Assembly: GCA_963790205.1 (NCBI GenBank)
Contig: CAWBNQ010000001.1
Span: forward strand, 256,001 to 320,000
Direction of reading: 5' to 3'
Origin: Nitrospirota bacterium
Lineage (GTDB): Bacteria > Nitrospirota > UBA9217
Length of the DNA: 64,000 nucleotides
The notes beneath the pieces are model-generated. The model ran no database searches and was not told where the DNA came from. It saw only the letters and a program-made list of their open reading frames with translations. This document shows, in pieces, positions 19,265 to 30,449 of the stretch (positions are counted from its first letter, which is position 1; every line of letters begins with the position of its first letter). Both the position numbers and the translations under genes were made by a program.

Positions 19265-19580
19265 TCGGGGAAACCCTGAAATTCAGCTTCGAAAAACCTT
19301 AGACTTTTTTGGAGGAATCCCAAAAACCCAAAATAAGCTGTTTCGGTTCCGCGGCTCTTGCCGTGACTGAGGTCCGCGCAGTGATGGTTTTGGATGTTTC
19401 GTGCTCTTTTCCGAAATCGGTGAAGGGCCAGCCTTATTCCTCATCCCCGAATGGGGCAAAACTGGAAGCACGAGATGAAGATTTTTGACTTATTCGATTA
19501 AGAATACGACACGAAGTATACAAGTTCGGAAGGATGAAACTCTAACGGACTTCAGGAAGAACTTCTTGCTCTTCAAAAAA

Positions 19581-20363
19581 TTATTCGACTACGGTTTTGT
19601 GTGCCGTAAAAAAGAGCCTCTTAAAGGGATAGAGAATCCGCCCATCACCTTGAGGGAGGTACTGTTCTTTACATTCAGTCAAAACTGCCTGCTCGAATTC
19701 CTCTCTATTCTCATCAGCCGGCAAGCTTTCGAGAAACGGTTTCATCGCGGTGCTCTTATACCACGCAACGAGGTCCCGGTGGGATTTCAAAATATGATAG
19801 TAGGTCGTTTCCCACAGGACAATGTCCTGCGTTAACGAAGCGAGCTCATTATAATAATATCCGGCAGGATGATACGTTATCAGCCCGTCACAGCCTGCTG
19901 TGAAGGCGCTCCATTTGCTGCGTCGGGCAACGTTCACTATGATCTTGTACAAAGGTGATTCATGATTAGCAGGCACCTGGACCGCCAATATTCCGTCTTC
20001 CCTTACAATTTGGAACAAGCGCGGGATCAACCGGTGGTGGTCCGGGATCCAATGTATCGCCGCGTTGGAAAAAACAATGTCATACTGGCGATCCGTCGTT
20101 AACGTTGAGGCATCTCCGAGCATCCATGTCCGGCCCGGATGATCCAGGCGGGCCCGTTCTATCATCTTTTCGGATTTATCGAGGCCGACGATATCGGCAT
20201 GGGGCCATCTGGTGCGCAAAATTTGCGTGCTGTTTCCCGGGCCGCAGCCTATATCGATGATGGTTCTGGGGTCCTCCAGGGGAATCCGCGCAACGAGGTC
20301 GATGGAGGGCCGAGTTCTTTCATGCTCGAACTGCAGATATTGTTGAGGGTCCCATTCGCGCAC
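19581..20363 (-). CDS. tam: Trans-aconitate 2-methyltransferase-like SAM methyltransferase
   Basis: WDPQQYLQFEHERTRP, DIGCGPGNST, FSNAAIHW, C-terminal YPFKRLF; GTG start after GGGGAG. Confidence 0.82.
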   Translation of the reverse strand: MREWDPQQYLQFEHERTRPSIDLVARIPLEDPRTIIDIGCGPGNSTQILRTRWPHADIVGLDKSEKMIERARLDHPGRTWMLGDASTLTTDRQYDIVFSNAAIHWIPDHHRLIPRLFQIVREDGILAVQVPANHESPLYKIIVNVARRSKWSAFTAGCDGLITYHPAGYYYNELASLTQDIVLWETTYYHILKSHRDLVAWYKSTAMKPFLESLPADENREEFEQAVLTECKEQYLPQGDGRILYPFKRLFFTAHKTVVE

Positions 20364-20548
20364 TTCGATCTCCCCATCATTCGTCCTGACATTCATGACA
20401 CCAGAAAACACAGCTACTATATTAGTATAGCGCGGACGTTGGCCGCAGCCAAAGAGGAAAGCCTTTGGCACTGATAAAAGCCGATAAAAAATATGATCAG
20501 AGCGAATCAGTCAATGTCGTACTCGCATTTTTTCATACCAAAATCAGC

Positions 20549-20730
20549 TTTGATGATCTCGTAAAAAGTCTAAATTTATTGCAGAGGCTTGCCCTGCACT
20601 CGCGCTGAACACTCGTTAACGCTGGGCACAGGCGGAGACACGGAAAAATGCACTTTGAAATAGTAAGGATTTTTTCTGTGCCCTCTGCGTTCCCCGCGGG
20701 AAAAAGGTTTCTTACGATTTTGTCAGCTTT
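20549..20730. repeat. Degenerate MITE/REP-like inverted repeat element
   Basis: TTTGATGATCTCGTAAAAAG at the left and an imperfect complement TTTCTTACGATTTTGTCAG at the right of an intergenic gap. Confidence 0.4.
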
Positions 20731-20904
20731 TATCCGTGCCTAAAAACCTTTTTATGTTTGAGAAGATTCTCGCGCCATGCCAAACTCTGCAAGATAATAC
20801 CATAAAAGGGAATGATGCACACAGTATTTCGTGGCAGCGAGATCGCCTTGAACACCGGTCAATATTGAATTAGTCCTCTTGCTGTGTTATAGTAATAATT
20901 CGTT

Positions 20905-23900
20905 ATGAAAAACCTGCGCGAAATCATCCAGCCTGTCATCAATGAAATCGAGGCAGGGCAGAAAACTATTGAAGTGAGCGAACTCTGGGGGGCCTCGAAG
21001 GCCCTTTTTTTATTCGGCCTGAGACAGGAGACCGGGCGGCCGGTCGTCGTCGTCACGGCATCCCAGGACGCGGCAGAGTTGCTCGTCGAAGACCTTACCT
21101 TCTTCATGCAGAAACTGCCCCATGAAGAGGCCGACACCGGCAAGCTGGACATCCGCCTCTTTCCCTCCTGGGGCCTGCTCCCCTTCGAGGCCGACTCTCC
21201 TGACTCCCGCACCGTGGGCGAGCGCATGCGCTTCCTCTACAGCCTGATCTCGGGAAATCCGGGCATTTACGTGGTCCCGGTCCAGACGGTGATGCAGAAG
21301 CTCCCTCCCTGGGACCTGTTCGCAGACTCGGTAAAGACCATCACCCGGGAAACGCCGATCGAGCCGGACGAGCTTGCTGCCGCGCTCGTCGCAACAGGCT
21401 ACGAATCAGCTTCCCTCGTGACCCGCGTGGGCGAGTTCAGCAGGCGGGGCGGGATCATCGATTTCTTCTCCCCGCTCCACGAACAGCCGGTTCGCATGGA
21501 GTTCTTCGGCGATGCGATCGAGTCTCTGCGCGTGTTCGATCCCGAGACCCAGCGCTCGACAGGGGAGATCAAGGAAGCAATCGTGCTGCCGGTGCGTGAG
21601 ATCATTATCAACCAGAAGGGGGCCCAGCAGCTCGAAAAAAGGCTTGATCTGAACAGAGAGGAAGAAGCATCAGCCGATAACGACGTTCTGAAGCAGATAA
21701 AACAAGGCGTCCTTCCCCCGGGCGGAGAGTTTCTTGCTCCTTTCCTCTATACCATGGAAACCCTGTTCACGTATCTGCCCGCCCAAAGCCTCATTGCGCT
21801 CATCGAGCCCGATGATCTCAACAAAGAGCAGGAAGAGCAGGCGCGAAAGATCAGCGACGGAAGAAGGGAAGAAACCGAGGAGGGCAGAACACTCCCCGAA
21901 GCTTCGGAATTCTACCTCGACCAAAAGGGCGTCGAGGCAAAACTCGCGAACTTCCCAATCCTGAACATCCGTCTGCTGGGGATTGGCGCCGGATTTCGCA
22001 TGGACACGAAGTCCGCTTCCTGGCTCGGGGTCCGGCTGACCAAGCCGATCGACCGCGGTCAGGACGAGGGAACAGCCGGGCCTGTTGACGGCACCATGGC
22101 CGGTCTCGTCGAGAAGCTCAGGCGGCAGCGCGATTTTAACAGCGTTGCGATCGTCTGCGGGACCGATGAAGCGGCTGGCAGGGTCAAAAAGCTCTTCATG
22201 GAATACGGACTCGGCGTGGCGTTCGGCACGCACCTTACGGCACAGCAAGCGGGACCGTGGCCGGTCATTGTCCTGATCGGCAGGCTTACGGAAGGGTTTT
22301 CCTGGCCCGAGCACGGCCTCACGTTCATCACCGAAGAGGAGATCTTCGGCAGGAAGGTCCACCGTCCGTCCACGGCGCGCGCCAAGGCAGCGCCTTTTCT
22401 TTCCACCTTTAAAGAGCTCAAGCCCGGCGACTTCGTGGTTCATACCGACTACGGCGTGGGCGAGTACCAGGGTTTGACGCACATCAGCATCGACGGGTTC
22501 GAGACCGACTTTCTCACGCTCCGCTACGAGCCGGACGCGAAATTGTATGTCCCGCTCTACAGCCTCGACAAGGTGCAGAAGTATATCGGCGTCGAAGGCG
22601 GGGCGCCCAAGCTCGACAAGCTCGGAGCGCCCGCCTGGGCCAGAACCAAGGAGAAAATAAAAAAGGACATCCTCGAGATGGCGCAGGAGCTCGTGGCCAT
22701 TTACGCCGCGCGCGAGGCCCAGAGCCGCTCGTCCTTCACGCCGCCGGACAACCTCTACCGGGAGTTCGAGGCCGCCTTCCCCTACGAGGAAACGCCGGAC
22801 CAGGAGAAGGCGATCGAGGACGTGCTTTCCGACATGCAGCGCCCGCGGCCCATGGACCGGGTCGTGTGCGGCGACGTGGGGTACGGAAAGACCGAAGTCG
22901 CGCTCCGGGCCGCGTTCAAGGCCGTGGAGGACGGGATGCAGGTCGCGGTGCTCGTGCCCACGACGCTTCTTGCCGACCAGCACTTTCGGACCTTTTCCGA
23001 ACGGGTCGCGCCGTTCTCCGTCCGCGTGGACATGCTCTCCCGCTTTCGCACCAGGGCAGAACAGCAGGAGACGGTCAAGGCCCTGAAAAGCGGCGTCGTG
23101 GACATCGTGATCGGCACCCACCGGCTGCTCCAGAAGGACATAGCCTTCAAGAACCTCGGCCTCCTGGTGGTGGACGAGGAGCACAAGTTCGGCGTCAAGC
23201 ACAAGGAGCGGATCAAGGAGTTCAAAAAGCTCGTTGATGTGCTGACGCTTACGGCCACGCCCATCCCGCGCACGCTCCACATGTCGCTTGCCGGCATCCG
23301 GGACCTCTCGATCATCCAGACGCCGCCCCTCGACCGCCAGGCGATCCAGGTGGTGCTCGCGCGCTTCGGAAAACGGGTGGTCCGCGAGGCGATCACCCGC
23401 GAGATCGAGCGCAACGGGCAGGTCTTCTTCGTGCATAACCGAGTACAGGGCATCGAGCGCATGGCCGACTTCATCCGGAACCTGGTGCCCGAGGCCAGGG
23501 TCGGCATCGCCCACGGCCAGCTCAAGGAACACGAGATCGAGGACGTGATGACGAAGTTCCTCTCCGGAAAGCTGAACGTGCTCGTGACCACGACTATTAT
23601 CGAGTCCGGGATCGACATCCCGACCGCGAACACGATCATCATCAACCGCGCCGACCGCTTCGGCCTGGCTGACCTCTATCAGATCAAAGGACGCGTGGGC
23701 CGGAGCCGCGAAAAGGCCTATGCCTATCTGCTCGCGCCCGAGGAAGAGGCGCTCTCCGACATTGCGAGAAAAAGGCTTCGCGCGATCCAGGAATTATCCG
23801 AACTCGGGGCGGGCTTCCGCATCGCGGCCCAGGACCTGGAAACGCGGGGCGCGGGAAACCTGCTCGGCAAACAGCAGTCGGGCCATATCGCTGCGGTGGG

Positions 23901-24405
23901 TATCGACCTCTACACGCAGATGATGGAAGAGGCCATGGCCGAGCTGCGCGGCGAGGAACTCTCCCGCGAGATCGACACGCAGATCAATTTGCGGGCTTCG
24001 GCCTTTATCCCCGAGGACTACATCAATGACGTGAGCCTGCGGCTCGCCGCCTACAAGGAGATCTCGAGCGTCGAAAACGAGGCGCAGCTCCGCGATCTCG
24101 CGGACGAGCTGCGCGACCGGTACGGCGAGCTGCCCGAGCCGGCGGCAAATCTGCTGGAGATCATGAGCGTCAAACTCATCGCGCAAAAGGCGATGGTCGC
24201 GCGGATCGACGCGGGCAAGGACGCGGTCACCATCACCTTTGCCGAGGGTTCGGGCGTTTCGCCGGAACGGGTCATGATCATGCTCAAGAAGAGCCAGGGG
24301 AAGATCAAGCTGGTTCCCGAATATACGCTCCGGATCGCGCTTGCCGACCCGTCGCTTCGGACGGCGGCCGATGCGGTGAAAAAGTGCTTGCAGGAACTGG
24401 TCTAG
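20905..24405 (+). CDS. mfd: Transcription-repair coupling factor
   Basis: UvrB-like N-terminus, CarD/RID domain, GDVGYGKTEVA, VDEEH, QIKGRVGRS, TRCF C-terminus. Confidence 0.97.
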   Translation: MKNLREIIQPVINEIEAGQKTIEVSELWGASKALFLFGLRQETGRPVVVVTASQDAAELLVEDLTFFMQKLPHEEADTGKLDIRLFPSWGLLPFEADSPDSRTVGERMRFLYSLISGNPGIYVVPVQTVMQKLPPWDLFADSVKTITRETPIEPDELAAALVATGYESASLVTRVGEFSRRGGIIDFFSPLHEQPVRMEFFGDAIESLRVFDPETQRSTGEIKEAIVLPVREIIINQKGAQQLEKRLDLNREEEASADNDVLKQIKQGVLPPGGEFLAPFLYTMETLFTYLPAQSLIALIEPDDLNKEQEEQARKISDGRREETEEGRTLPEASEFYLDQKGVEAKLANFPILNIRLLGIGAGFRMDTKSASWLGVRLTKPIDRGQDEGTAGPVDGTMAGLVEKLRRQRDFNSVAIVCGTDEAAGRVKKLFMEYGLGVAFGTHLTAQQAGPWPVIVLIGRLTEGFSWPEHGLTFITEEEIFGRKVHRPSTARAKAAPFLSTFKELKPGDFVVHTDYGVGEYQGLTHISIDGFETDFLTLRYEPDAKLYVPLYSLDKVQKYIGVEGGAPKLDKLGAPAWARTKEKIKKDILEMAQELVAIYAAREAQSRSSFTPPDNLYREFEAAFPYEETPDQEKAIEDVLSDMQRPRPMDRVVCGDVGYGKTEVALRAAFKAVEDGMQVAVLVPTTLLADQHFRTFSERVAPFSVRVDMLSRFRTRAEQQETVKALKSGVVDIVIGTHRLLQKDIAFKNLGLLVVDEEHKFGVKHKERIKEFKKLVDVLTLTATPIPRTLHMSLAGIRDLSIIQTPPLDRQAIQVVLARFGKRVVREAITREIERNGQVFFVHNRVQGIERMADFIRNLVPEARVGIAHGQLKEHEIEDVMTKFLSGKLNVLVTTTIIESGIDIPTANTIIINRADRFGLADLYQIKGRVGRSREKAYAYLLAPEEEALSDIARKRLRAIQELSELGAGFRIAAQDLETRGAGNLLGKQQSGHIAAVGIDLYTQMMEEAMAELRGEELSREIDTQINLRASAFIPEDYINDVSLRLAAYKEISSVENEAQLRDLADELRDRYGELPEPAANLLEIMSVKLIAQKAMVARIDAGKDAVTITFAEGSGVSPERVMIMLKKSQGKIKLVPEYTLRIALADPSLRTAADAVKKCLQELV

Positions 24406-24487
24406 TATGTTATAAGAAATAAGGGTTCTTCGTGCGGCACGCAAGGAACCGGACCCTCAAGAATAAGACTACCGGAGGAGCTATTTG

Positions 24488-25195
24488 ATGAAAATGCATA
24501 AACTTGTTATCGTTGCTTTGACCCTGGCGCTTGCCATCTCCCTGTTCGGCTGCAATAAGGGCGCCGACAGCGCCGTTCTCGCGCGGGTGAACCGGACGAA
24601 GATCACCGCGGCGGACTTTAAGCGTCAGCTCGAAGACCTTGCGCCGCAGATGCAGCAGGCCGTGGCAAGCGACCCCAAGGCGCGGAAGGAATTTCTCGAA
24701 GACCTGATCGGCATTGAACTGGTCCTTCAAGAGGCGCGCCGGCAGGGCCTGGACAAGGACCCGGAATTCCAGAAGCGGCAGGCAGCGATGAAGAAGGAGA
24801 TGGAGCGCAGAATCCAGGAGGACGCCAAGAACGAGCTCTTCAACGTCCTGCTCAAGAAAGAGCTGGCCGACCAATTGAAGAAGCTGCCGGAGCCTACGGA
24901 CAAAGAAGCGCGGGATTACTACACGAAGAACCAGGACAAGATGCGCACCGCCGACGGCAAGAAACTGAACTTCAAGGACGTGGAACCGCAGTTGAAGCGG
25001 AGAATTCTCGCTGAACGGCAGCGGGACCTCTATCTCGAGTATGCCAAGGGACTCAGGGCAAAGGCCAAGGTAACCGTGGACGAGAAGGCCCTGGATGCAG
25101 CCGCGACTTCACTTGCCCAGTCGTCGGCGCTGCCCGGCGGCCTGGACGTGCAGACGCTGCCGGCGGCGACCCAGCCGCAAGGCAAGAAACCGTAA
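24488..25195 (+). CDS. Lipoprotein with SurA N-terminal (PrsA/PpiD-like) chaperone domain
   Basis: Lipobox LFGC; VLARVN..KIT..DF; LVLQEARRQGLDKDPEF. Confidence 0.8.
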   Translation: MKMHKLVIVALTLALAISLFGCNKGADSAVLARVNRTKITAADFKRQLEDLAPQMQQAVASDPKARKEFLEDLIGIELVLQEARRQGLDKDPEFQKRQAAMKKEMERRIQEDAKNELFNVLLKKELADQLKKLPEPTDKEARDYYTKNQDKMRTADGKKLNFKDVEPQLKRRILAERQRDLYLEYAKGLRAKAKVTVDEKALDAAATSLAQSSALPGGLDVQTLPAATQPQGKKP

Positions 25196-25202
25196 CGGAC
25201 CG

Positions 25203-26160
25203 ATGAACCTATCACGTTTTGCAAAATATGTAGCCCCGGCGCTGTTGCTGGGGCTCATCTTTTTTTCGTGCAGCAGGAAAAACGAGGAGCCTGGGCCTGC
25301 CCCGGTATCACCGGTTTCGCCCAATGTGCGGATCGTGGCGACGATAAACGGCGACCCGATCACGCTCGCCGAGTTCCAGGAGCGCTTCGTTCGCGCGGGG
25401 TTCAAGCCGGACGAGGGCGTCGAGCTCGATGTTAAGGAAGATTTTCTCAACCGGCTGATCGAGCGCATGATGCTGGTGCGCGAAGCGCAGCGCAAGCGCA
25501 TCAAGGTCGGCCTGCCCGAGATCAACAAGCGGATCGAGACGCTCCGCACCGAGAACGGCGAGGACGTAAAGGACACCCTTGCGGGCCTGGGGATCGATTT
25601 TGAGAAATGGAAGGCCGACGTTTGGGAAGACATGATGATCGAGCGGTTGCTCGCACGCGAGGTGCACAAGCGCGTGTCCGTGTCCCCGGCGGAGGTCCGG
25701 CGCTATTACCAGGCCAATTTAGCTGGAATTTGAAAAGCCCGAGCAGGTGCGGGTGCGTCAGATCGTGGTCGCCACCGAGGCAGAGGCGCAGAAAGTAATG
25801 GGGGTTCTGCAGACCGGCGCCGATTTTGCCAAGGTGGCGCACGAGAAGTCCACGGCGCCCGAGGCCGCGAAGGGCGGCGATCTGGGTTATTTTGCCAGGG
25901 GTGAAATGCCGGCGGAATTCAACGTGGTCTTCGGCCTGCCCAAGGGCGGGATCAGCGGGATCGTGAAGAGCCCTTACGGTTACCATATCTTCAAGCTTGA
26001 AGACAAAAGGAAGGCGGGGAGGGCCGGTCTCGACGAGGCTTACCGGGGCATCGAGGAAAAACTGCGACGGCAAAAGGAAGACAAACGCTACAAGGCGTGG
26101 TTCACGGAACTCCGGTCAAGGACGAAATTCGAGGTTAACTACCAGGCGCTGAGGCAGTAG
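25203..26160 (+). CDS. Parvulin-type peptidyl-prolyl isomerase (SurA-N plus rotamase), +1 frameshift near 25724
   Basis: VATINGDPIT in the first frame; VRVRQIVV...GGDLGYF...SPYGYHIFK in the second; removing one G restores YYQANLAEFEKPEQVRVRQ. Confidence 0.85.
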
Positions 26161-26231
26161 AGAAACGGTTTGCAGTTTCCCGGTTGCCGTGATCGTTCAT
26201 TCGAAACAAAAAACTCAAACAGTTTTTCCGC

Positions 26232-27340
26232 TTAACGCGTGGTAGTTGAAGGCCGGGCTTCAATATCGGATGGATGACCGGCATCCTCCCGCGCGGGCAG
26301 CACGAGTACGCCGCGGTCTCCGGTTCTCTCCAGTTTTGTCTTAAACCGCGCGGAAGCCGCGTTTATACCGTCGAGCACCTCTCCTGCGGCCTTGCCAATA
26401 AGCACCTTCGGCTGATACTTTACCCGATAGTTATTTACGTCGATCGGTACGGCCTCGACCCTGGCAAGGGTGTTGCCCCGGAAGGTCAAAAGGAGTATCA
26501 TACTTGTGTTCGAGCGGTCGCTTTCAGACCCGAACACGAAGTTGCCGAGACTGTAGGCGATCAGGCGGCCCTTATACACCTCGATTTCCTGCAGCACGTG
26601 CGGATGGTGGCCGAGGACGAGGTCGGCTCCCCAGTCGATCGCGTGGCGGCCGAGTTCGATCTGGTAGTCCTTCGCAGTGGTCATGAGCTCGGTGCCCCAA
26701 TGGAAGGAGACCACGACGAGGTCGGCCGCGGGCCGCACCTTTTCGATGTCGGCCTTGACGAAATCGGCGTACCCCGGCGCAGTGCCGGGCCGCCCTGCGG
26801 AGGCGAAGAACTCGAGCGGAAACGTGAGCGAGTAAGAGAGGAAGGCCAGGGTCTTCCCTTTTATTTTCACGATCGCCGGAGCGCGGGCGTCGTCGAGGTC
26901 CATGCCGGCGCCGGTGTAGAGAATAGCGTTCTCGTCCAGTGCCGCAAGCGTGTCCTGGAGCGCCAGCGGGCCGAAGTCCATGGAATGATTGTTCGCGAGG
27001 GACACCACGCGGATGCCGGCGCTCTTGAGCGCCAGGGCGGCGACGGGCGCGGCCCGAAGCGTGAATTTCTTGTTTTCCACGGCAATGCCCCGGGTGGAGA
27101 TCGATGACTCGAGATTGCCGGCGACCAGGTCGGCCTGCCTCAGAACGGGCATCACATCCCGGAAGGGGTAATCCGGGCCCTCTTGCTCGAGAAACGGGCC
27201 GGCCCTTCCGCCGAGCATGAGGTCGCCGACGGCGGCAATGGTAATCTCATCCCGGGGCGGGTCAACCGCCGCCGCCCGTCCGGCGGCATAAAAAAAAGGA
27301 TGAGAATAATAAGCAAGAAAGTTTTTTTCATACGATTCAC
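26232..27340 (-). CDS. CapA/PgsA-family metallophosphatase, frameshift near 27270-27297
   Basis: AVGDLML, GNLES, SLANNHSMD, FHWG, GHHPHV, YSLGNFVF; signal peptide lies in another frame. Confidence 0.85.
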
Positions 27341-27412
27341 GGAATAATAATCAACTTTTTGCCAAAAGGCAACACAAAAGAAGCGGCGCCGTTACCATCG
27401 GGAGCAGAAAAA

Positions 27413-28351
27413 ATGAAAAAATACGTTTTGTTATTCGCAGCATCGCTTGCCCTATTGCTTTCGTACAGCCTTCCCACCACCGCGAGCGGCTCAGTGGTCG
27501 TCGACCGGGTGGTTGCCGTGGTGAACAACGAGATCATCACCCTGAGCGACCTGCAGCGGGAAGAAACCTTGAAAAAGGTGAACACCAAGCAGGACGAACG
27601 CCTGCTCCTCGAGGACATGATCGACCGCAAGCTCCAGATGGCCGCCGCAAAGAGCGCCGGCATGGACGTGACGGACAAGGAGCTTACCGAAGCCGTCACG
27701 GACATCATGAAGCGCAACTCCCTGGACAGCAAGCAGTTCGAGGCCGCGCTGGCCAAGGAGGGGCTCACGCTCGAACAGTACAAGACCGAGCTCAGGGAGC
27801 AGATGACGCTGTCGCGCATGTTCAACAAGTATGTGCGCTCCGGCGTGGCCGTTGACGAAGCGGAGGCGCGGGCCTATTACGAACGGAACATAAAAAGCTA
27901 CTCGCAGCCCGAGGAGATCCGGGTGAGGCAGATCTTCTTCCGCGTGCCGGAGAACGCAACGCCGGCGGAAACCGCCGCGATCGGGGAAAAAGCAAGGGCC
28001 GCATCGGTGCGCGCCAAAAAAGGAGAAAACTTCGTCACCCTCGTCAAAGAGCTCTCGGAGGGCGAAACCGCAGCGCTGGGCGGGGACCTCGGCTTCCTGC
28101 AGCGGGACCAGGCCATCCCCGAGATCGAGGAGGCGACCCGCACCCTCAAGCCGGGCGAGATTGCGGGCCCGATCCTGTGCGCCGGCGGTTTTCATATTAT
28201 CAAGCTCGAAGAAATCCGCACTCCGGTCAAGCCCTTCGAGAAAGTGAAGGACGAGATCATAAAAATGCTCTATAACCAGAAGGTGGAGAACACCTACCGG
28301 ACCTGGCTCCAGTCGCTGCGGAGCAATTCGAACATCGAGAACCGGCTGTAA
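27413..28351 (+). CDS. surA: SurA-like chaperone/PPIase
   Basis: Signal peptide; VDRVVAVVNNEIITLSDL; rotamase GGDLGF and GFHIIKL. Confidence 0.82.
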   Translation: MKKYVLLFAASLALLLSYSLPTTASGSVVVDRVVAVVNNEIITLSDLQREETLKKVNTKQDERLLLEDMIDRKLQMAAAKSAGMDVTDKELTEAVTDIMKRNSLDSKQFEAALAKEGLTLEQYKTELREQMTLSRMFNKYVRSGVAVDEAEARAYYERNIKSYSQPEEIRVRQIFFRVPENATPAETAAIGEKARAASVRAKKGENFVTLVKELSEGETAALGGDLGFLQRDQAIPEIEEATRTLKPGEIAGPILCAGGFHIIKLEEIRTPVKPFEKVKDEIIKMLYNQKVENTYRTWLQSLRSNSNIENRL

Positions 28352-28445
28352 AAAGGCAGTGCGGAGTGGGGAATGAAAAAACAAGCAGAACCAGGTACGC
28401 CCATCGCAGCAGTTTTTCTCAATTCGATCGTTTTCTCTCTCACTC

Positions 28446-29609
28446 GTGAAAACCGTAAAACTCAAAAATAAAGAAGAACGGCGCATTCTGCGCGGTCACC
28501 CGTGGGTGTTCAGCAACGAGCTTCAGAACGTGCCCGCGGAGCTCTTGCCGGGAGAGCTCGTTGACGTGCTCGATCACGCAGACCGGTTCATCGGCCGCGG
28601 GTACATAAACCCGCATACCCTCATCGCGGTCCGCATTCTTACGCGAAAGCAGGAGGAGATCGATGCCGGATTCTTCCGGAGGAGGATCCAGACGGCGCGC
28701 GCTCTCCGGGAAAGGCTCGGCTTTGGCGATTCCTTCCGCGCCGTGTTCAGCGAAGGAGACGGCCTTCCCGGACTGATCGTGGACAAGTATGCTGATACGC
28801 TCGTTGTCCAATCCTCGACAGCCGGAATTGACGGGCTGCTTGGTCTCATTACTCCCGCTTTGAAGGAGGTCTATTCCCCGCAGGCGATCGTGCTCAGGAA
28901 CGATACGGCCTCGCGCGCGATCGAGGGACTGACCCGGGAACAACAGGTTGTTCACGGAACGGTGGCCGGTCCCGTGCTGATCGAGGAATCCGGTATCCGG
29001 TATACCATCGACGTGCGGGAAGGCCAGAAGACGGGGTTCTTTTTTGACCAGCGCGAGAACCGGCAGGCGCTTAAGGATATCGTGCAAGGCAAAAGAACGC
29101 TCGACTGCTTTTGCTACGTCGGGGCCTGGTCACTAAATGCCGCGCGGTTCGGCGCATCGGAGGTCATCGGTCTCGACTCCTCCCAAAAGGCCGTGGACCT
29201 GGCGACGGCGAACGCGGCGCTGAACGGGCTCAGTGCACAGTTCATTGTTGCCGACGTTTTCGAAGAGCTGCGAAAGCGCGAGAAACAGCATGAGCGTTTT
29301 AGCTGCATCATTCTCGATCCGCCCGCCTTCGTGAAGAGCAGGGCTAAAATACGCGAGGGGCTCAAAGGCTATAAGGAGATCAACCTCCGGGCCATGAAGC
29401 TGCTCGAACCGGGGGGCGTGCTTGTCACGTGCTCGTGTTCTCACCATGTGGATCAGGACTTGTTCAGGGAGATGCTGATCGACGCGGCCTATTCAGCGGG
29501 ACGCCAGGCGAGGCTCCTCGAGATGCGGTCCCAGGCCCGCGACCACCCCGTGCTGCTTGCGGCGCGCGAGACGCAGTATTTGAAGTGCGCGATACTGGTT
29601 GTGGATTAG
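28446..29609 (+). CDS. rlmI: RlmI-like 23S rRNA m5C methyltransferase
   Basis: PUA GHPWVF, EGDGLPGLIVD, GQKTGFFFDQR, ILDPPAF, TCSCS, YLKC. Confidence 0.88.
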   Translation: MKTVKLKNKEERRILRGHPWVFSNELQNVPAELLPGELVDVLDHADRFIGRGYINPHTLIAVRILTRKQEEIDAGFFRRRIQTARALRERLGFGDSFRAVFSEGDGLPGLIVDKYADTLVVQSSTAGIDGLLGLITPALKEVYSPQAIVLRNDTASRAIEGLTREQQVVHGTVAGPVLIEESGIRYTIDVREGQKTGFFFDQRENRQALKDIVQGKRTLDCFCYVGAWSLNAARFGASEVIGLDSSQKAVDLATANAALNGLSAQFIVADVFEELRKREKQHERFSCIILDPPAFVKSRAKIREGLKGYKEINLRAMKLLEPGGVLVTCSCSHHVDQDLFREMLIDAAYSAGRQARLLEMRSQARDHPVLLAARETQYLKCAILVVD

Positions 29610-29756
29610 TAAAGGCTGAAGTTGGGAAGGTGAGAAGGTAAGAGGAAAAAGCTCATCCCCTCTTGAATAACCTTCAGCCCTCAGTCTCAACACCTGAATA
29701 ATTACGGAATTATCTTGACTAACAAGCGCCGCCTGTGTTAAAAAGTATCCGTTGCC

Positions 29757-29831
29757 GGGCGATTAGCTCAGCGGGAGAGCACTGCCTTCACACGGCAGGG
29801 GTCGCAGGTTCAAACCCTGCATCGCCCACCA
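29757..29831 (+). tRNA. tRNA-Val (anticodon CAC)
   Basis: GGGCGAT/ATCGCCC acceptor stem, CTGCC-TTCACAC-GGCAG anticodon arm, GGTTCAAA T-loop, encoded CCA; TTGACT -35-like box upstream. Confidence 0.96.
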
Positions 29832-29840
29832 TGGAAAATA

Positions 29841-29870
29841 AAAAGGCCAGCCGATTTCGGCTGGCCTTTG
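29841..29870. terminator. Bidirectional intrinsic terminator between tRNA-Val and dksA
   Basis: AAAAGGCCAGCCGA-TT-TCGGCTGGCCTTT. Confidence 0.8.
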
Positions 29871-29901
29871 CTGTTTGTACTTTCCGCGCTGTCGCGAAGG
29901 G

Positions 29902-30264
29902 CTACCCCGCGTGCATCTTTTCCTGCTCTTCCTGAAGGGTCTTGCACTCAATACAGAGCGTGGTCACGGGCCGGGCTTCCAGGCGCTTGGCGCTGATCTG
30001 CTCGCCGCAGGACTCGCACACGCCGTAGGTGCCGCTCTCGATACGGGCGATCGCCTCATCGATCTTTTTGAGCAGCTTCTGCTCCCTGCCGCGCAGGCGC
30101 AGCGTGAAATTGCTGTCCAGCTCGGCAACGGCCTGGTCGGTCGGATCGGGGAAGCTCTCCTTTTCAGAGCTGATCTTGCTGGTCAGCGTGCTCTCCGCTT
30201 CGGAAAGAAGCTCTTCCCGCTGCTTGACGAGTTTTTTCTTGATTGAAAGCAGTTTATTGTCCAT
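29902..30264 (-). CDS. dksA: RNA polymerase-binding transcription factor DksA
   Basis: DPTDQA coiled-coil tip; YGVCESC...RLEARP...CIEC zinc finger. Confidence 0.93.
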   Translation of the reverse strand: MDNKLLSIKKKLVKQREELLSEAESTLTSKISSEKESFPDPTDQAVAELDSNFTLRLRGREQKLLKKIDEAIARIESGTYGVCESCGEQISAKRLEARPVTTLCIECKTLQEEQEKMHAG

Positions 30265-30449
30265 CAAACGACCTCATGCGAACGAAATGCCGGGCGTTGT
30301 TTTACCGGGGCTCCGGTCGGCCCGCTACTGAATGTGGTACTATATCAAAAACTTCCCGGAGAGTCAATTGTTAAATGGAAACGCTCAAAGGGAGCGCTGA
30401 AAGCGAATAGAAGATTGACAAAAAGGCCGGCTGGAGGTTATAGTTGCCC

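Noticed and set aside
21670..23645. Long antisense ORFs opposite mfd (also opposite HD-GYP, TAXI, surA and the MCP)
   Set aside because: Shadow ORFs from GC-rich codon bias; no recognisable motifs.
29757..29831. tRNA-Val as an integration site for an island
   Set aside because: No integrase and no duplicated tRNA 3' end seen; both flanks are housekeeping genes.
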